Shown here: positions 19,259 through 27,653 of the stretch, piece after piece
Layout: the number at the start of each line of letters is the position of its first letter
Numbering within the stretch: position 1 is the stretch's first letter
Source of the DNA: an uncultured Calditrichota bacterium
GTDB taxonomy: Bacteria > Calditrichota > Calditrichia > JAJRVZ01
Direction of reading: 5' to 3'
Length of the DNA stretch: 31,186 bases
NCBI GenBank assembly: GCA_964445625.1
Contig: CAYULK010000002.1
Location: forward strand, 1 to 31,186
Program-made: the position numbers and the translations under genes
The notes under the pieces: generated by a model
What the model saw: the letters and a program-made list of their open reading frames with translations, nothing else
What the model was told of the DNA's origin: nothing
The model's database searches: none

Positions 19259-21963
19259 TTGTTGAGGGGCAAAGTTATAATAAACTGGCATGATCTTTCC
19301 GGTTTAAAAGAAACGGAAATTTCACCATCCAATTGAGTAATTTTTTCCTTTACAATATCCATCCCGACCCCGCGACCAGAGAGCATACTGGTATTTCCTG
19401 CTGTTGAAATTCCCGAGATAAAGATGGTTTCTGTAATTTCCTCATCAGTCCATTTAGAAATGATATCTTTATCCCATTTTCCCAGGGAAATAGCCCGGTC
19501 CCTGAGTCTGTCAATCTGTAAACCACGTCCGTCATCTTTGATCCATATCTGTAGTTTGTCTTTATCCATCTTCGTACTCAACTCAATGATGCCAGCCGGA
19601 TCTTTACCCTTTTGGATTCTCTCTTCCGATGATTCAATACCATGGGCAATCGAATTGCGTATCAGTTGGATCAGAATTTCTTTTACCGTTGTTTTATAGC
19701 CATGTGGTATGGCATTAAAGTCAAAATTTTTCTCAACTAATTCGACATTATTTTCAAGTTCCCGGCTATTTTGCCTAATAAACCGGCGCAGGGAATCGAT
19801 AAATAATTTATTTTCATACTTGCGTTTTGGTCGGAACTGAGCATGAATCCGGCCAATTTTATCGATCAGACTGATCACTTCCTGGTAATTTTGTTTTATT
19901 TCCAGAAGTTTTACCTGAATATTTCTGACATCGCTTTCGGCAATGATCGTTTTGTTACGCAGATGGTCGATGATATGTTCGAAGGCATGCGCTTCTTCAG
20001 CAAAAATTGTCAAATCAAGCAGGCCGGCATTACCCTTGATCAGATGCGCGGACCGGAATACTTCTTCCAGAATTTTTTCATTTTTTCCTTCCTGTTTTAA
20101 TTCAGAAAGAAGTTCTTCCATTTTTTCCAGTTCGACGCTGGCGCTGTCTATAAATTCAGTTAACATTACCGGATCGACCCTGAGAAGGACGAGCACAATT
20201 TCCAGCTGATTTTTTGTCTTGGCTTCTGATCGTTTTAATTTTTCAGCCAGCAGTACCTGGTCCGTATTATCGATGACGGTGACCATCAATTCGTTAATTT
20301 TTCCGGCACGGTTGAGTATTCTCTGAAAATTAAAATCGAGATGCTTCAGCTGTTTTTCTTCTGAACCAGATCCGTCTAAGTGGACTTCGACTCTACTGAG
20401 CGGATTCAATTCGCGAATCATGTTCTGTTCAAATTCATTATTGAACATCAGTTCCAGGAACTCAGCTGTTAAACCCAGGGTATCATTGGGAACTTTATTC
20501 TCCAGGATATCCAGAAATTTTTTATTGCCAAGTGAGTTCCGGAAAAAGATTGATTCCAGTTCAGCAGAATACTGGGATTTGATTTTGTAATCAGAACCGA
20601 GCAGGAATATACCTTCTTCCACATGGCGCAGGATATTATCGGTTTGTTTTTTGGCCTCTTCAAGATGGCTCTTGGAGCGTCGGAGTTCATCTTCAACCCG
20701 TTTGCGATCTGTAATATCCCGGACAATACTGATCATTGATTTGCGGTTTTCATACATTATTTCATCAGATATAACCTCCACTTCTAGTTTCTTACCTGAT
20801 TTTGTAATATGATTAAAGTGAAAGGGAAAATTTTTATTTTTAATATTAATACTTTTTTCCAGCTTTCTGTGATCTTTCGGATCGTGCAGGTCAAAGGGTG
20901 TTAAAGATTTTATCTCTTGTGGCGTATAGCCATATACTTTCTCGACAGCACGATTACATCCCAGATAGCTATGGGTTTTTTTATCATAAATCAGGACCGG
21001 ATCAGCAATTCTGTTAAATAATTTAAAATATTTATTCTGACTTTCATCGACCGGATTTTCGGAACTGTCTGCCAGATTATCCACATCAAGCGGGGTTCCG
21101 TTACTCTGTGAGCTGTGAAAGAGGTAAGCAGCGCCAAGAATGCCTATATTTGGCTCTTCATTAACATCCACCTTTAGCTTGTTAAGCGCTTGCTTGTACG
21201 GACTGGCCGATACCGTTTGCCACATGGCATCGAAAAAAAACTTAAAAGCCTTTCTAATCGATCCGCCAATAATCACCAGATCAGGATCGACAGTATACAT
21301 AATGGTCAGAATTGCAGCACCCACATGCCGGCCAAACACATTAAATATCTGTTTTGCTTCTTCATCACCTGATTGTGCGCGATTTAAGATTTCTTCAAAG
21401 GGCTTGCCATATTGGTCATCGAAAAAAATCTCTGAACAATAGCTCTCAAAACTACCTTCTTTATATGGAATTTTACCAAATTCACCGGCACCACAGCTGG
21501 ACCCGGGAATAAGTTTGCCATCGATGATCAATCCGGCGCCCATACCGGTGCCAAGAATCAGACCAACAATATTATTGTATTCACGTCCTTTACCAAAATA
21601 TTTTTCACCCAGTACGTAGCAATTCGCATCGTTATTGATATGAACAGGGCATTTGAATTGTGCCTCGAGTACTTTTTTCAGGTGAATTTCATGCCATGCC
21701 GGAATATTTTTTGCATTGTAAACGATGCCTTCTTTTACATCCACCTGGCTGGGAACTCCGATCCCAATTCCTGAAAGGTCCTTTGAGTAGACCTTTTTTA
21801 TTACGCCCACCAATTTATCCAGGATATATTTTTCTGATTCGCGGCCGGATATTTTTGTGTTGTGGAATATTTTTATTTGATTATTTTTAACCAATCCGGC
21901 CCGAACTACGGTACCTTCAAAATCCACACCGATCACCGGATTATTTTTTTGATTTTCATTCAT
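19255..21963 (-). CDS. Multidomain sensor histidine kinase: ROK - PAS/PAC - PAS - Hpt - CheA-type HATPase
   Basis: ROK aa 9-283 (GIGIGVP, NNDAN, LGTGMGAG, GAGEFG, GGS). PAS/PAC aa about 311-425 ending IVRDITDRK; second PAS-like aa about 440-570. Hpt AHLIKG (His640). N box LIRNSIAHGIE, G1 DDGRG, F box FISGIST, G2 SGRGVGMD. No transmembrane segment and no CheW domain. Confidence 0.9.
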   Translation of the reverse strand: MNENQKNNPVIGVDFEGTVVRAGLVKNNQIKIFHNTKISGRESEKYILDKLVGVIKKVYSKDLSGIGIGVPSQVDVKEGIVYNAKNIPAWHEIHLKKVLEAQFKCPVHINNDANCYVLGEKYFGKGREYNNIVGLILGTGMGAGLIIDGKLIPGSSCGAGEFGKIPYKEGSFESYCSEIFFDDQYGKPFEEILNRAQSGDEEAKQIFNVFGRHVGAAILTIMYTVDPDLVIIGGSIRKAFKFFFDAMWQTVSASPYKQALNKLKVDVNEEPNIGILGAAYLFHSSQSNGTPLDVDNLADSSENPVDESQNKYFKLFNRIADPVLIYDKKTHSYLGCNRAVEKVYGYTPQEIKSLTPFDLHDPKDHRKLEKSINIKNKNFPFHFNHITKSGKKLEVEVISDEIMYENRKSMISIVRDITDRKRVEDELRRSKSHLEEAKKQTDNILRHVEEGIFLLGSDYKIKSQYSAELESIFFRNSLGNKKFLDILENKVPNDTLGLTAEFLELMFNNEFEQNMIRELNPLSRVEVHLDGSGSEEKQLKHLDFNFQRILNRAGKINELMVTVIDNTDQVLLAEKLKRSEAKTKNQLEIVLVLLRVDPVMLTEFIDSASVELEKMEELLSELKQEGKNEKILEEVFRSAHLIKGNAGLLDLTIFAEEAHAFEHIIDHLRNKTIIAESDVRNIQVKLLEIKQNYQEVISLIDKIGRIHAQFRPKRKYENKLFIDSLRRFIRQNSRELENNVELVEKNFDFNAIPHGYKTTVKEILIQLIRNSIAHGIESSEERIQKGKDPAGIIELSTKMDKDKLQIWIKDDGRGLQIDRLRDRAISLGKWDKDIISKWTDEEITETIFISGISTAGNTSMLSGRGVGMDIVKEKITQLDGEISVSFKPERSCQFIITLPLNN

Positions 21964-22154
21964 ATTTGTAAGCTGCGATTCGATTAGTTTTAATACTATT
22001 TTCGACGCTTTTAGAAAAGAATTTAATTATTGATGCTATTGTTATAAAAATTGTCCGTTATCGTGCAATAAAACAGGCGAAATATCAGTTTTTAGTATTT
22101 CATTTGAGTAAAGCACATATTAAATTATGCCCGATTTATTTCATTACTATTCTT

Positions 22155-22177
22155 GTTCCCGGGTTGTATCTGGGAAC
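22155..22177. repeat. Short REP-like hairpin
   Basis: GTTCCC (22155-22160) / GGGAAC (22172-22177) in the divergent intergenic region. Confidence 0.4.
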
Positions 22178-22254
22178 GCTCAATTCGATAATTGTTTAAT
22201 CCCTCCGGGTACGGTAAAATCTGTATTTTACTCTGTTAAAAAACAAAAAAAATC

Positions 22255-22283
22255 TTGACAATTTTCATATTATTGATTAACAT
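22255..22283 (+). promoter_or_regulatory. Putative sigma70-type promoter for the TetR-led operon
   Basis: TTGACA (22255-22260), 17-nt spacer, TAACAT (22278-22283). Confidence 0.6.
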
Positions 22284-22288
22284 AATAC

Positions 22289-22302
22289 TGACCGGTCGGT
22301 CA
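22289..22302. promoter_or_regulatory. Putative TetR operator
   Basis: TGACCG-GT-CGGTCA palindrome between the -10 box and the TetR start codon. Confidence 0.7.
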
Positions 22303-22317
22303 TAATAAAATTTAAAA

Positions 22318-22947
22318 ATGCCGAAAATCGTTGATAAAGAAGCCAAGAAACTCGAAATCCTGCATGCGGCCATGCGTGTTTTTGCCCGGAAGGGTATTGT
22401 GAAAGCAAAAATGATCGATATCGCCGGTGAAGCCGGTGTGGGTAAAGGTACCATCTATGAATACTTTCGCAGTAAGGAAGAAATATTTACTACTGCTTTT
22501 CAATTTCTTTTTAAAATGACAGAGCAAGGCGTATACTCGGCTCTTCAATCTACAGATGATCCGGAGAAAAAACTTCGGCTTTTAATCGAAACATTTTTTA
22601 ATTCCTTTCTGCATGACGGGGGAGAATTTGCCGAAATAATGATGGATTTCTGGGCCGAGGGTGTGAGAAATAAAGACACGGATGTGATGGAGATTATTGA
22701 TCTCAAATCGATTTACACCGAGTACCGAAAGGTAATTTCTGAAATACTTAATGAAGGGATATCCAGGGGAGTTTTCCGGCAAATGGATGTGCACTCCATG
22801 TCATCGGCATTTATCGGTGCGTTTGATGGTCTCATGCTGCAGTGGATCGTGGATCGTGGTGTGATCGATATCAAAAAGGTATCAACAGTCATGCTGGATG
22901 GATTTTTGAATGGCATAAAAACCGAAATCAAGGGAGGTAACAAATAA
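22318..22947 (+). CDS. TetR/AcrR family transcriptional regulator
   Basis: N-terminal HTH ILHAAMRVFARKG...DIAGEAGVGKGTIYEYFRSKEEI; 209 aa. Confidence 0.95.
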   Translation: MPKIVDKEAKKLEILHAAMRVFARKGIVKAKMIDIAGEAGVGKGTIYEYFRSKEEIFTTAFQFLFKMTEQGVYSALQSTDDPEKKLRLLIETFFNSFLHDGGEFAEIMMDFWAEGVRNKDTDVMEIIDLKSIYTEYRKVISEILNEGISRGVFRQMDVHSMSSAFIGAFDGLMLQWIVDRGVIDIKKVSTVMLDGFLNGIKTEIKGGNK

Positions 22948-23691
22948 ATGGCACAGCAAATCTACATAGTTTTGATTTTCCTGTTTTCCACAGTCTTATA
23001 TGCCGAGTCGGCAAAGGATGTCGTGGCAAAGGCTGATGAATTAATCAAATCAAAAAGCAGCTATTCTGAGATGAAAATGAGTGTCATAAAACCTGACTGG
23101 TCACGTGAAATTGAAATGAAAACATGGTCGTTTGAACCAGAGTTTGCACTTGTTCTGATTAATGCGCCGGCCAAGGATAAAGGCACTGTGACTCTTAAAA
23201 GGGAAAAAGAAGTGTGGAACTGGATTCCGAGTGTGCACCGGGTAATAAAAATTCCGCCTTCAATGATGATGCAATCCTGGATGGGATCAGATTTTACCAA
23301 TGATGACCTGGTCAAACAATCTTCCGTTGTGAAGGATTATGTGCATTCGTTTGCCGGTGAGGAAGAGGTTGACGGATATTTATGCCACAAAATCCAGATG
23401 ATACCAAAACCTGAAGCCGGTGTGGTCTGGGGAAAAGTCATCATGTGGGTATCCAAGCAGGGCTATCTGCAACTGCGTGCGGATTATTTTGATGAGGATG
23501 AGTATCTCGTAAAATCAATGATCGGCAGTAAAATTAAGAAGATGGGGGGAAGAACCATTCCCACCCATTGGGAAATGATACCCGTTGATAAGCCGGGTCA
23601 AAAAACAGTCATGGAATATATATCCATTGAGTTTAATATCGACATAAACGAATCTTTTTTCTCACAGCAAAATATGAAGCGGGTAAGATAG
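22948..23691 (+). CDS. LolA-like outer-membrane lipoprotein-sorting family protein
   Basis: Signal peptide; PAKDKGT, WNWIPS...IKIPPSMMMQSWMGSDFTNDDL, GKVIMWV, ADYFDEDE, FFSQQNMKR; abuts the TetR stop codon. Confidence 0.85.
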   Translation: MAQQIYIVLIFLFSTVLYAESAKDVVAKADELIKSKSSYSEMKMSVIKPDWSREIEMKTWSFEPEFALVLINAPAKDKGTVTLKREKEVWNWIPSVHRVIKIPPSMMMQSWMGSDFTNDDLVKQSSVVKDYVHSFAGEEEVDGYLCHKIQMIPKPEAGVVWGKVIMWVSKQGYLQLRADYFDEDEYLVKSMIGSKIKKMGGRTIPTHWEMIPVDKPGQKTVMEYISIEFNIDINESFFSQQNMKRVR

Positions 23692-23862
23692 TTGTAGTCC
23701 ATCTTTAAGATGGACTACAACTACGGACAAGATAGTACACCAAAAGATGGACTACATCTACGTAATAGATCCCGAACCCACGCCTTCGGCGGGCAAACAA
23801 GTTCGGGATGACAATTGTGTCACTCCCGATACTCGGGATTTTCAACCTGAACTCGTTTCAGG
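23689..23862. repeat. Cluster of REP-like palindromes
   Basis: 16-bp perfect stem TAGTTGTAGTCCATCT/AGATGGACTACAACTA (23689-23723), a second copy of its right arm (23744-23756), ATCCCGAAC/GTTCGGGAT (23769-23809), TCCCGA/TCGGGA (23824-23838), CCTGAA/TTCAGG (23846-23862). Confidence 0.8.
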
Positions 23863-23921
23863 GTCTCATTCAAGCAAGTAGATTCGTTTTAATAGAGCAA
23901 AATCCGGCAGAAAGGCAAAAA

Positions 23922-25136
23922 ATGTATTTAACACTAAGCTGGAGAAACATCTGGCGCAATAAAAAAAGAACAATAATAGTTGCCGCATCTGTTTTCTTTG
24001 CCGTGATACTGGCTGCGTTAATGCGCTCCGGCCAACTGGGGTCTTACAGCTATATGATACATTCATCGGCCAAATTATTTACCGGTTACCTGCAAATTCA
24101 GGGTGATGAGTACTGGGATAAGCGCTCACTGGATGAGAGTATCGAAGTGAATTCTGATCTGTATTCCAATCTGAAGTCGATTGATAACCTGATGCATTTT
24201 ACTCCGCGACTGGAATCGTTTGCGCTGATTTCACATGATTCGATAACCAAAGTATCACAGGTCATTGGCATTGATCCACAAATGGAGCATGAAATGACCG
24301 GGATTTTCGACAAGCTAATCGCAGGCAAGGTTATCGATAAAAATTCACCGGAGCTACTAATTGGTTCCGGTCTGGCTGATATGCTCGGCGCAGGGGTGGG
24401 AGATAGTCTGGTAGTCTATGGCCAGGGATATCATGGCCAAATTGCGGCAGCTCTATTACCGATATCCGGGATTATTAAATTGCCTTTTAAGGCTATGGAT
24501 AATGCCATGATATTGATGGCATTATCAAAAGCACAGGAAGTATTTTCCTGCCCGGACAGGATAACATCCCTTCCGATTATGATAGATGATAACCGATTCC
24601 TTGAACAGGTTATGGCAGATATTCAACCATACCTGACAGAAGGTCAAACAATAATGTCATGGGAAGAGATGATGCCGGAATTACTGCAAAATATAGAGGT
24701 GGATAATGTCAGCGGACTTATAATGCTGGCGATTCTTTATATTGTTATTGGATTTGGTGTTTTTGGAACTGTGATGATGATGGTATCCGAGCGGGCACGT
24801 GAACTGGCGATTTTAGTTTCATTAGGTATGCGCAAAAGAAAATTATTGATGATAATGGCTATCGAGACATTTCTGTTATCATTGCTCGGTGTAATTATGG
24901 GTATTCTGGGAAGTATCCCGATTATTTTTTATCTGGTATATAATCCGATCGAACTCACCGGAAGTGCAGCCGAACTTTATGATCAACTGAGTATCGAACC
25001 AATAATGGCATTTAGTGCCCAGCCGTCAATTTTTATCTCTCAGGCACTGGTCGTTTTTTGCATTGCATTGGTTACGGTAATTTATCCTGCATTATTCCTC
25101 CGAAGCATGGATCCGACTACGACTATCAGGGGGTAG
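23922..25136 (+). CDS. FtsX/MacB/LolCE-type ABC transporter permease
   Basis: Likely start ATG 23922 (MYLTLSWRNIWRNKKRT); one TM helix, a large periplasmic domain, three TM helices, and ERARELAILVSLGM. The ORF-track extension to 23808 lies in repeats. Confidence 0.9.
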   Translation: MYLTLSWRNIWRNKKRTIIVAASVFFAVILAALMRSGQLGSYSYMIHSSAKLFTGYLQIQGDEYWDKRSLDESIEVNSDLYSNLKSIDNLMHFTPRLESFALISHDSITKVSQVIGIDPQMEHEMTGIFDKLIAGKVIDKNSPELLIGSGLADMLGAGVGDSLVVYGQGYHGQIAAALLPISGIIKLPFKAMDNAMILMALSKAQEVFSCPDRITSLPIMIDDNRFLEQVMADIQPYLTEGQTIMSWEEMMPELLQNIEVDNVSGLIMLAILYIVIGFGVFGTVMMMVSERARELAILVSLGMRKRKLLMIMAIETFLLSLLGVIMGILGSIPIIFYLVYNPIELTGSAAELYDQLSIEPIMAFSAQPSIFISQALVVFCIALVTVIYPALFLRSMDPTTTIRG

Positions 25137-25142
25137 ATAAGT

Positions 25143-25410
25143 AAAAAGGTATAGGGTATATGGTATCAGGTAACAAGAAGAGAATTGGGAAGGATAAAAG
25201 GAAAATAGGATAAAAGGCTAAAGGGTAAAGAGGACAAATACACTGATTTAGCCCCTCAGTCCCTGAGCCGTGGGTATTGCCCACGGTAAAGATAAAAAAA
25301 GATATATAACCCCATCGGGGTGAAATAATTATAATAAAGATAGAAATGTTGAATCTTAGGATTTTGAATTTAGAGTTTGTTTCGAATTTCGATATTCGGA
25401 TTTCGAATTT
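25143..25410. repeat. Intergenic 7-nt-periodic repeats plus two REP-like hairpins
   Basis: Purine-rich heptads (AAAGGTA/TAGGGTA/TATGGTA; AAAGGAT-like), CCGTGGG-tattg-CCCACGG (25268-25286), ACCCC-atc-GGGGT (25309-25321), TTCGAAT/TTCGGAT heptads (about 25349-25410). Confidence 0.75.
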
Positions 25411-25431
25411 AAACTGTAAGGGAGTCATACT

Positions 25432-26646
25432 ATGTTAATATCACTGGCCTGGAAAAACATCTGGCGTAAAAAGAAGCGCAGCCTGATCATCGTCGCCGCC
25501 ATCAGTTTCGGCTTATGGGGCGGCCTCTTTTCCGGAGCGATTATGATGGGTATGATGGATTCTATGGTTGAAACAGCTATCAGCCGTAGCATCTCGCATA
25601 TTCAAATTCATAAGCAGGACTATGAGAAAGATAAAGATGTACGCAATTTTATTCCCGATGCAATACAGGCATTAGAGCATACCCGGAAAATACCTTATGT
25701 ACAGGCGGCTGCCGGAAGAGTGTTGTTGATGGGTATGGCGGCATCTCCGGCCTCCTCATATGGTGTTCAGATCACCGGAATTGTACCGGAAGATTCCCGG
25801 AAAATAACAGATATCCATTCAAGCATTACTGAAGGACAGTACTTTGTTCCGGGCAGAAAAAATCAGATTCTGATTGGGAAAAAATTAGCGAAAAGATTAA
25901 ATGTAAAGATGCGCTCCAAAGTGGTGCTCAGCTTTCAGGATCTGAGAGGAGGCATCGGTTATGTTGCATGTCGTATTGTGGGAATATTTAAAACCGCATC
26001 AACACTATTTGATGAAACGAATGTGTTTGTCCAACAAAGTGATCTGTACAGGATTCTTGATACTGAGCCGATCGTACACGAAATCGTTATCCGCACAGAA
26101 CATTCCGATCATATCGATTCTGTTAAAAATGCGTTACTAGTTAAATTTCCCGGGTTGCAGGTGGAATCCTGGAGTGATATTGCACCGGAGCTGGCCTATA
26201 TTTCAGAAACTACCGCCCTCTGGTCCTATATTTTCGTCGGTATCATATTATTTGCTCTGCTGTTCGGAATCACCAACACCATGTTGATGTCGGTTGTTGA
26301 CCGCACACGTGAATTTGGTGTATTGCTGGCGATCGGAATGAAGAAATGGAAAATATTCAGCATGATCATACTTGAGACGATTTTTCTGTCACTCACCGGT
26401 GGATTTGCCGGAATGTTAATTGGCGGATTGTCAATCATGTATTATAATCGAAGCGGTATAGATTTGTCAGCTATCTCTACCAGTCTGGAAAGTTTCGGTG
26501 CTACTACCATGCTGTATCCGGCATTACCGCCGGCAATGTATATTATACTAACGATAATGATAGTGCTCGCGGCAAATATTGCTGCGTTGCTTCCGGCATG
26601 GAAGGCCACTCATCTGGTGCCATCAGAAGCAATACGTACTTATTAG
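25432..26646 (+). CDS. FtsX/MacB/LolCE-type ABC transporter permease (second paralog)
   Basis: MLISLAWKNIWRKKKRS; DRTREFGVLLAIGM; same four-TM topology. Confidence 0.92.
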   Translation: MLISLAWKNIWRKKKRSLIIVAAISFGLWGGLFSGAIMMGMMDSMVETAISRSISHIQIHKQDYEKDKDVRNFIPDAIQALEHTRKIPYVQAAAGRVLLMGMAASPASSYGVQITGIVPEDSRKITDIHSSITEGQYFVPGRKNQILIGKKLAKRLNVKMRSKVVLSFQDLRGGIGYVACRIVGIFKTASTLFDETNVFVQQSDLYRILDTEPIVHEIVIRTEHSDHIDSVKNALLVKFPGLQVESWSDIAPELAYISETTALWSYIFVGIILFALLFGITNTMLMSVVDRTREFGVLLAIGMKKWKIFSMIILETIFLSLTGGFAGMLIGGLSIMYYNRSGIDLSAISTSLESFGATTMLYPALPPAMYIILTIMIVLAANIAALLPAWKATHLVPSEAIRTY

Positions 26647-26670
26647 TGATGTATAGAAAGGAAATGAACC

Positions 26671-27357
26671 ATGGCTTTAATTGAAATCCGGAACGTAGAT
26701 AAAACTTATAATTCTTCCTCAATCCCGGTCCATGCTGTTAAGAATGTATCATTTAATATCGAAAAGAAAGAATTTACTGCCATTGTGGGGCCATCGGGTT
26801 CAGGGAAAACGACATTACTGAATATGATTGGCGGTTTGGATAAACCCAATAATGGCAAGGTAATCATTGACGGCAGCGATATATCTAATTTATCCTCTTC
26901 GGCATTGGTTGATTACCGTCTGCAAAATATCGGTTTTGTTTTTCAGGCCTATAATCTTATTCCCGTATTCACGGCGCGTGAAAATGTTGAATTTATTATG
27001 CTGTTGCAGGATGTGGATAAAAAAGAGAGGGAGTCACGGGCTTCCGCACTTTTGGACCAGGTCGGGTTAAGTGACAAGATAAATTCACGCCCGGCACATT
27101 TGTCCGGTGGTGAACAGCAGCGCGTTGCCGTAGCCCGGGCACTGGCCTCGCATCCGGTATTTGTACTGGCCGACGAACCGACAGCCAACCTGGACTCGGA
27201 AACAGCAGAATCGTTACTGGATCTGATGGAGGATCTAAATAAGAACCATGATATGACATTTATTTTTTCAACCCATGATGTACGGGTCATGAACCGGGCA
27301 CGCAGGATTATTACCCTGCGGGATGGGGCAGTGGCGGAAGATAACAGTAGGCAATAG
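26671..27357 (+). CDS. ABC transporter ATP-binding protein (LolD/MacB-like)
   Basis: Walker A GPSGSGKT, signature LSGGEQQRVAVARAL, Walker B VLADEPTANLD, H-loop STHD. Confidence 0.96.
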   Translation: MALIEIRNVDKTYNSSSIPVHAVKNVSFNIEKKEFTAIVGPSGSGKTTLLNMIGGLDKPNNGKVIIDGSDISNLSSSALVDYRLQNIGFVFQAYNLIPVFTARENVEFIMLLQDVDKKERESRASALLDQVGLSDKINSRPAHLSGGEQQRVAVARALASHPVFVLADEPTANLDSETAESLLDLMEDLNKNHDMTFIFSTHDVRVMNRARRIITLRDGAVAEDNSRQ

Positions 27358-27630
27358 ACAATAGGCCATAGGCAACGCCGATAGTTACGTTTCCCTCGGG
27401 GAAACAATTCGCCGCGGGTCGGATCTTCGATCAGGATGAATTCTTCCATGAATTTATAGGCCAAAGGCATAAAGCTAAAGGCCAAAGGACCCAGGCTCCA
27501 GGATTTTATTAAATGTAAAATGTAGATTTAAGAATGTAAAATGTAAAAGGATTTTTAAGTGAGAATAATAAATTCCTTTTAAATTCTGAGTTTTACATTC
27601 TACATTTTGAATTTTACCCAGGACTCAGGT
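27350..27630. repeat. Intergenic 7-nt-periodic repeats and inverted heptad element
   Basis: AATAGAC/AATAGGC/CATAGGC heptads, GTTTCCC-tcg-GGGAAAC (27389-27405), AAAGGC heptads, and an AAATGTA-rich arm (27511-27551) facing a TACATT-rich arm (27574-27616). Confidence 0.75.
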
Positions 27631-27653
27631 GCTCAGGAATTAATAAACCTAAT

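Noticed and set aside
19255-21963. Canonical chemotaxis cheA or plain glucokinase
   Set aside because: Domain order differs, there is no CheW domain or che neighbours, and the ROK part is fused and has an altered P-loop.
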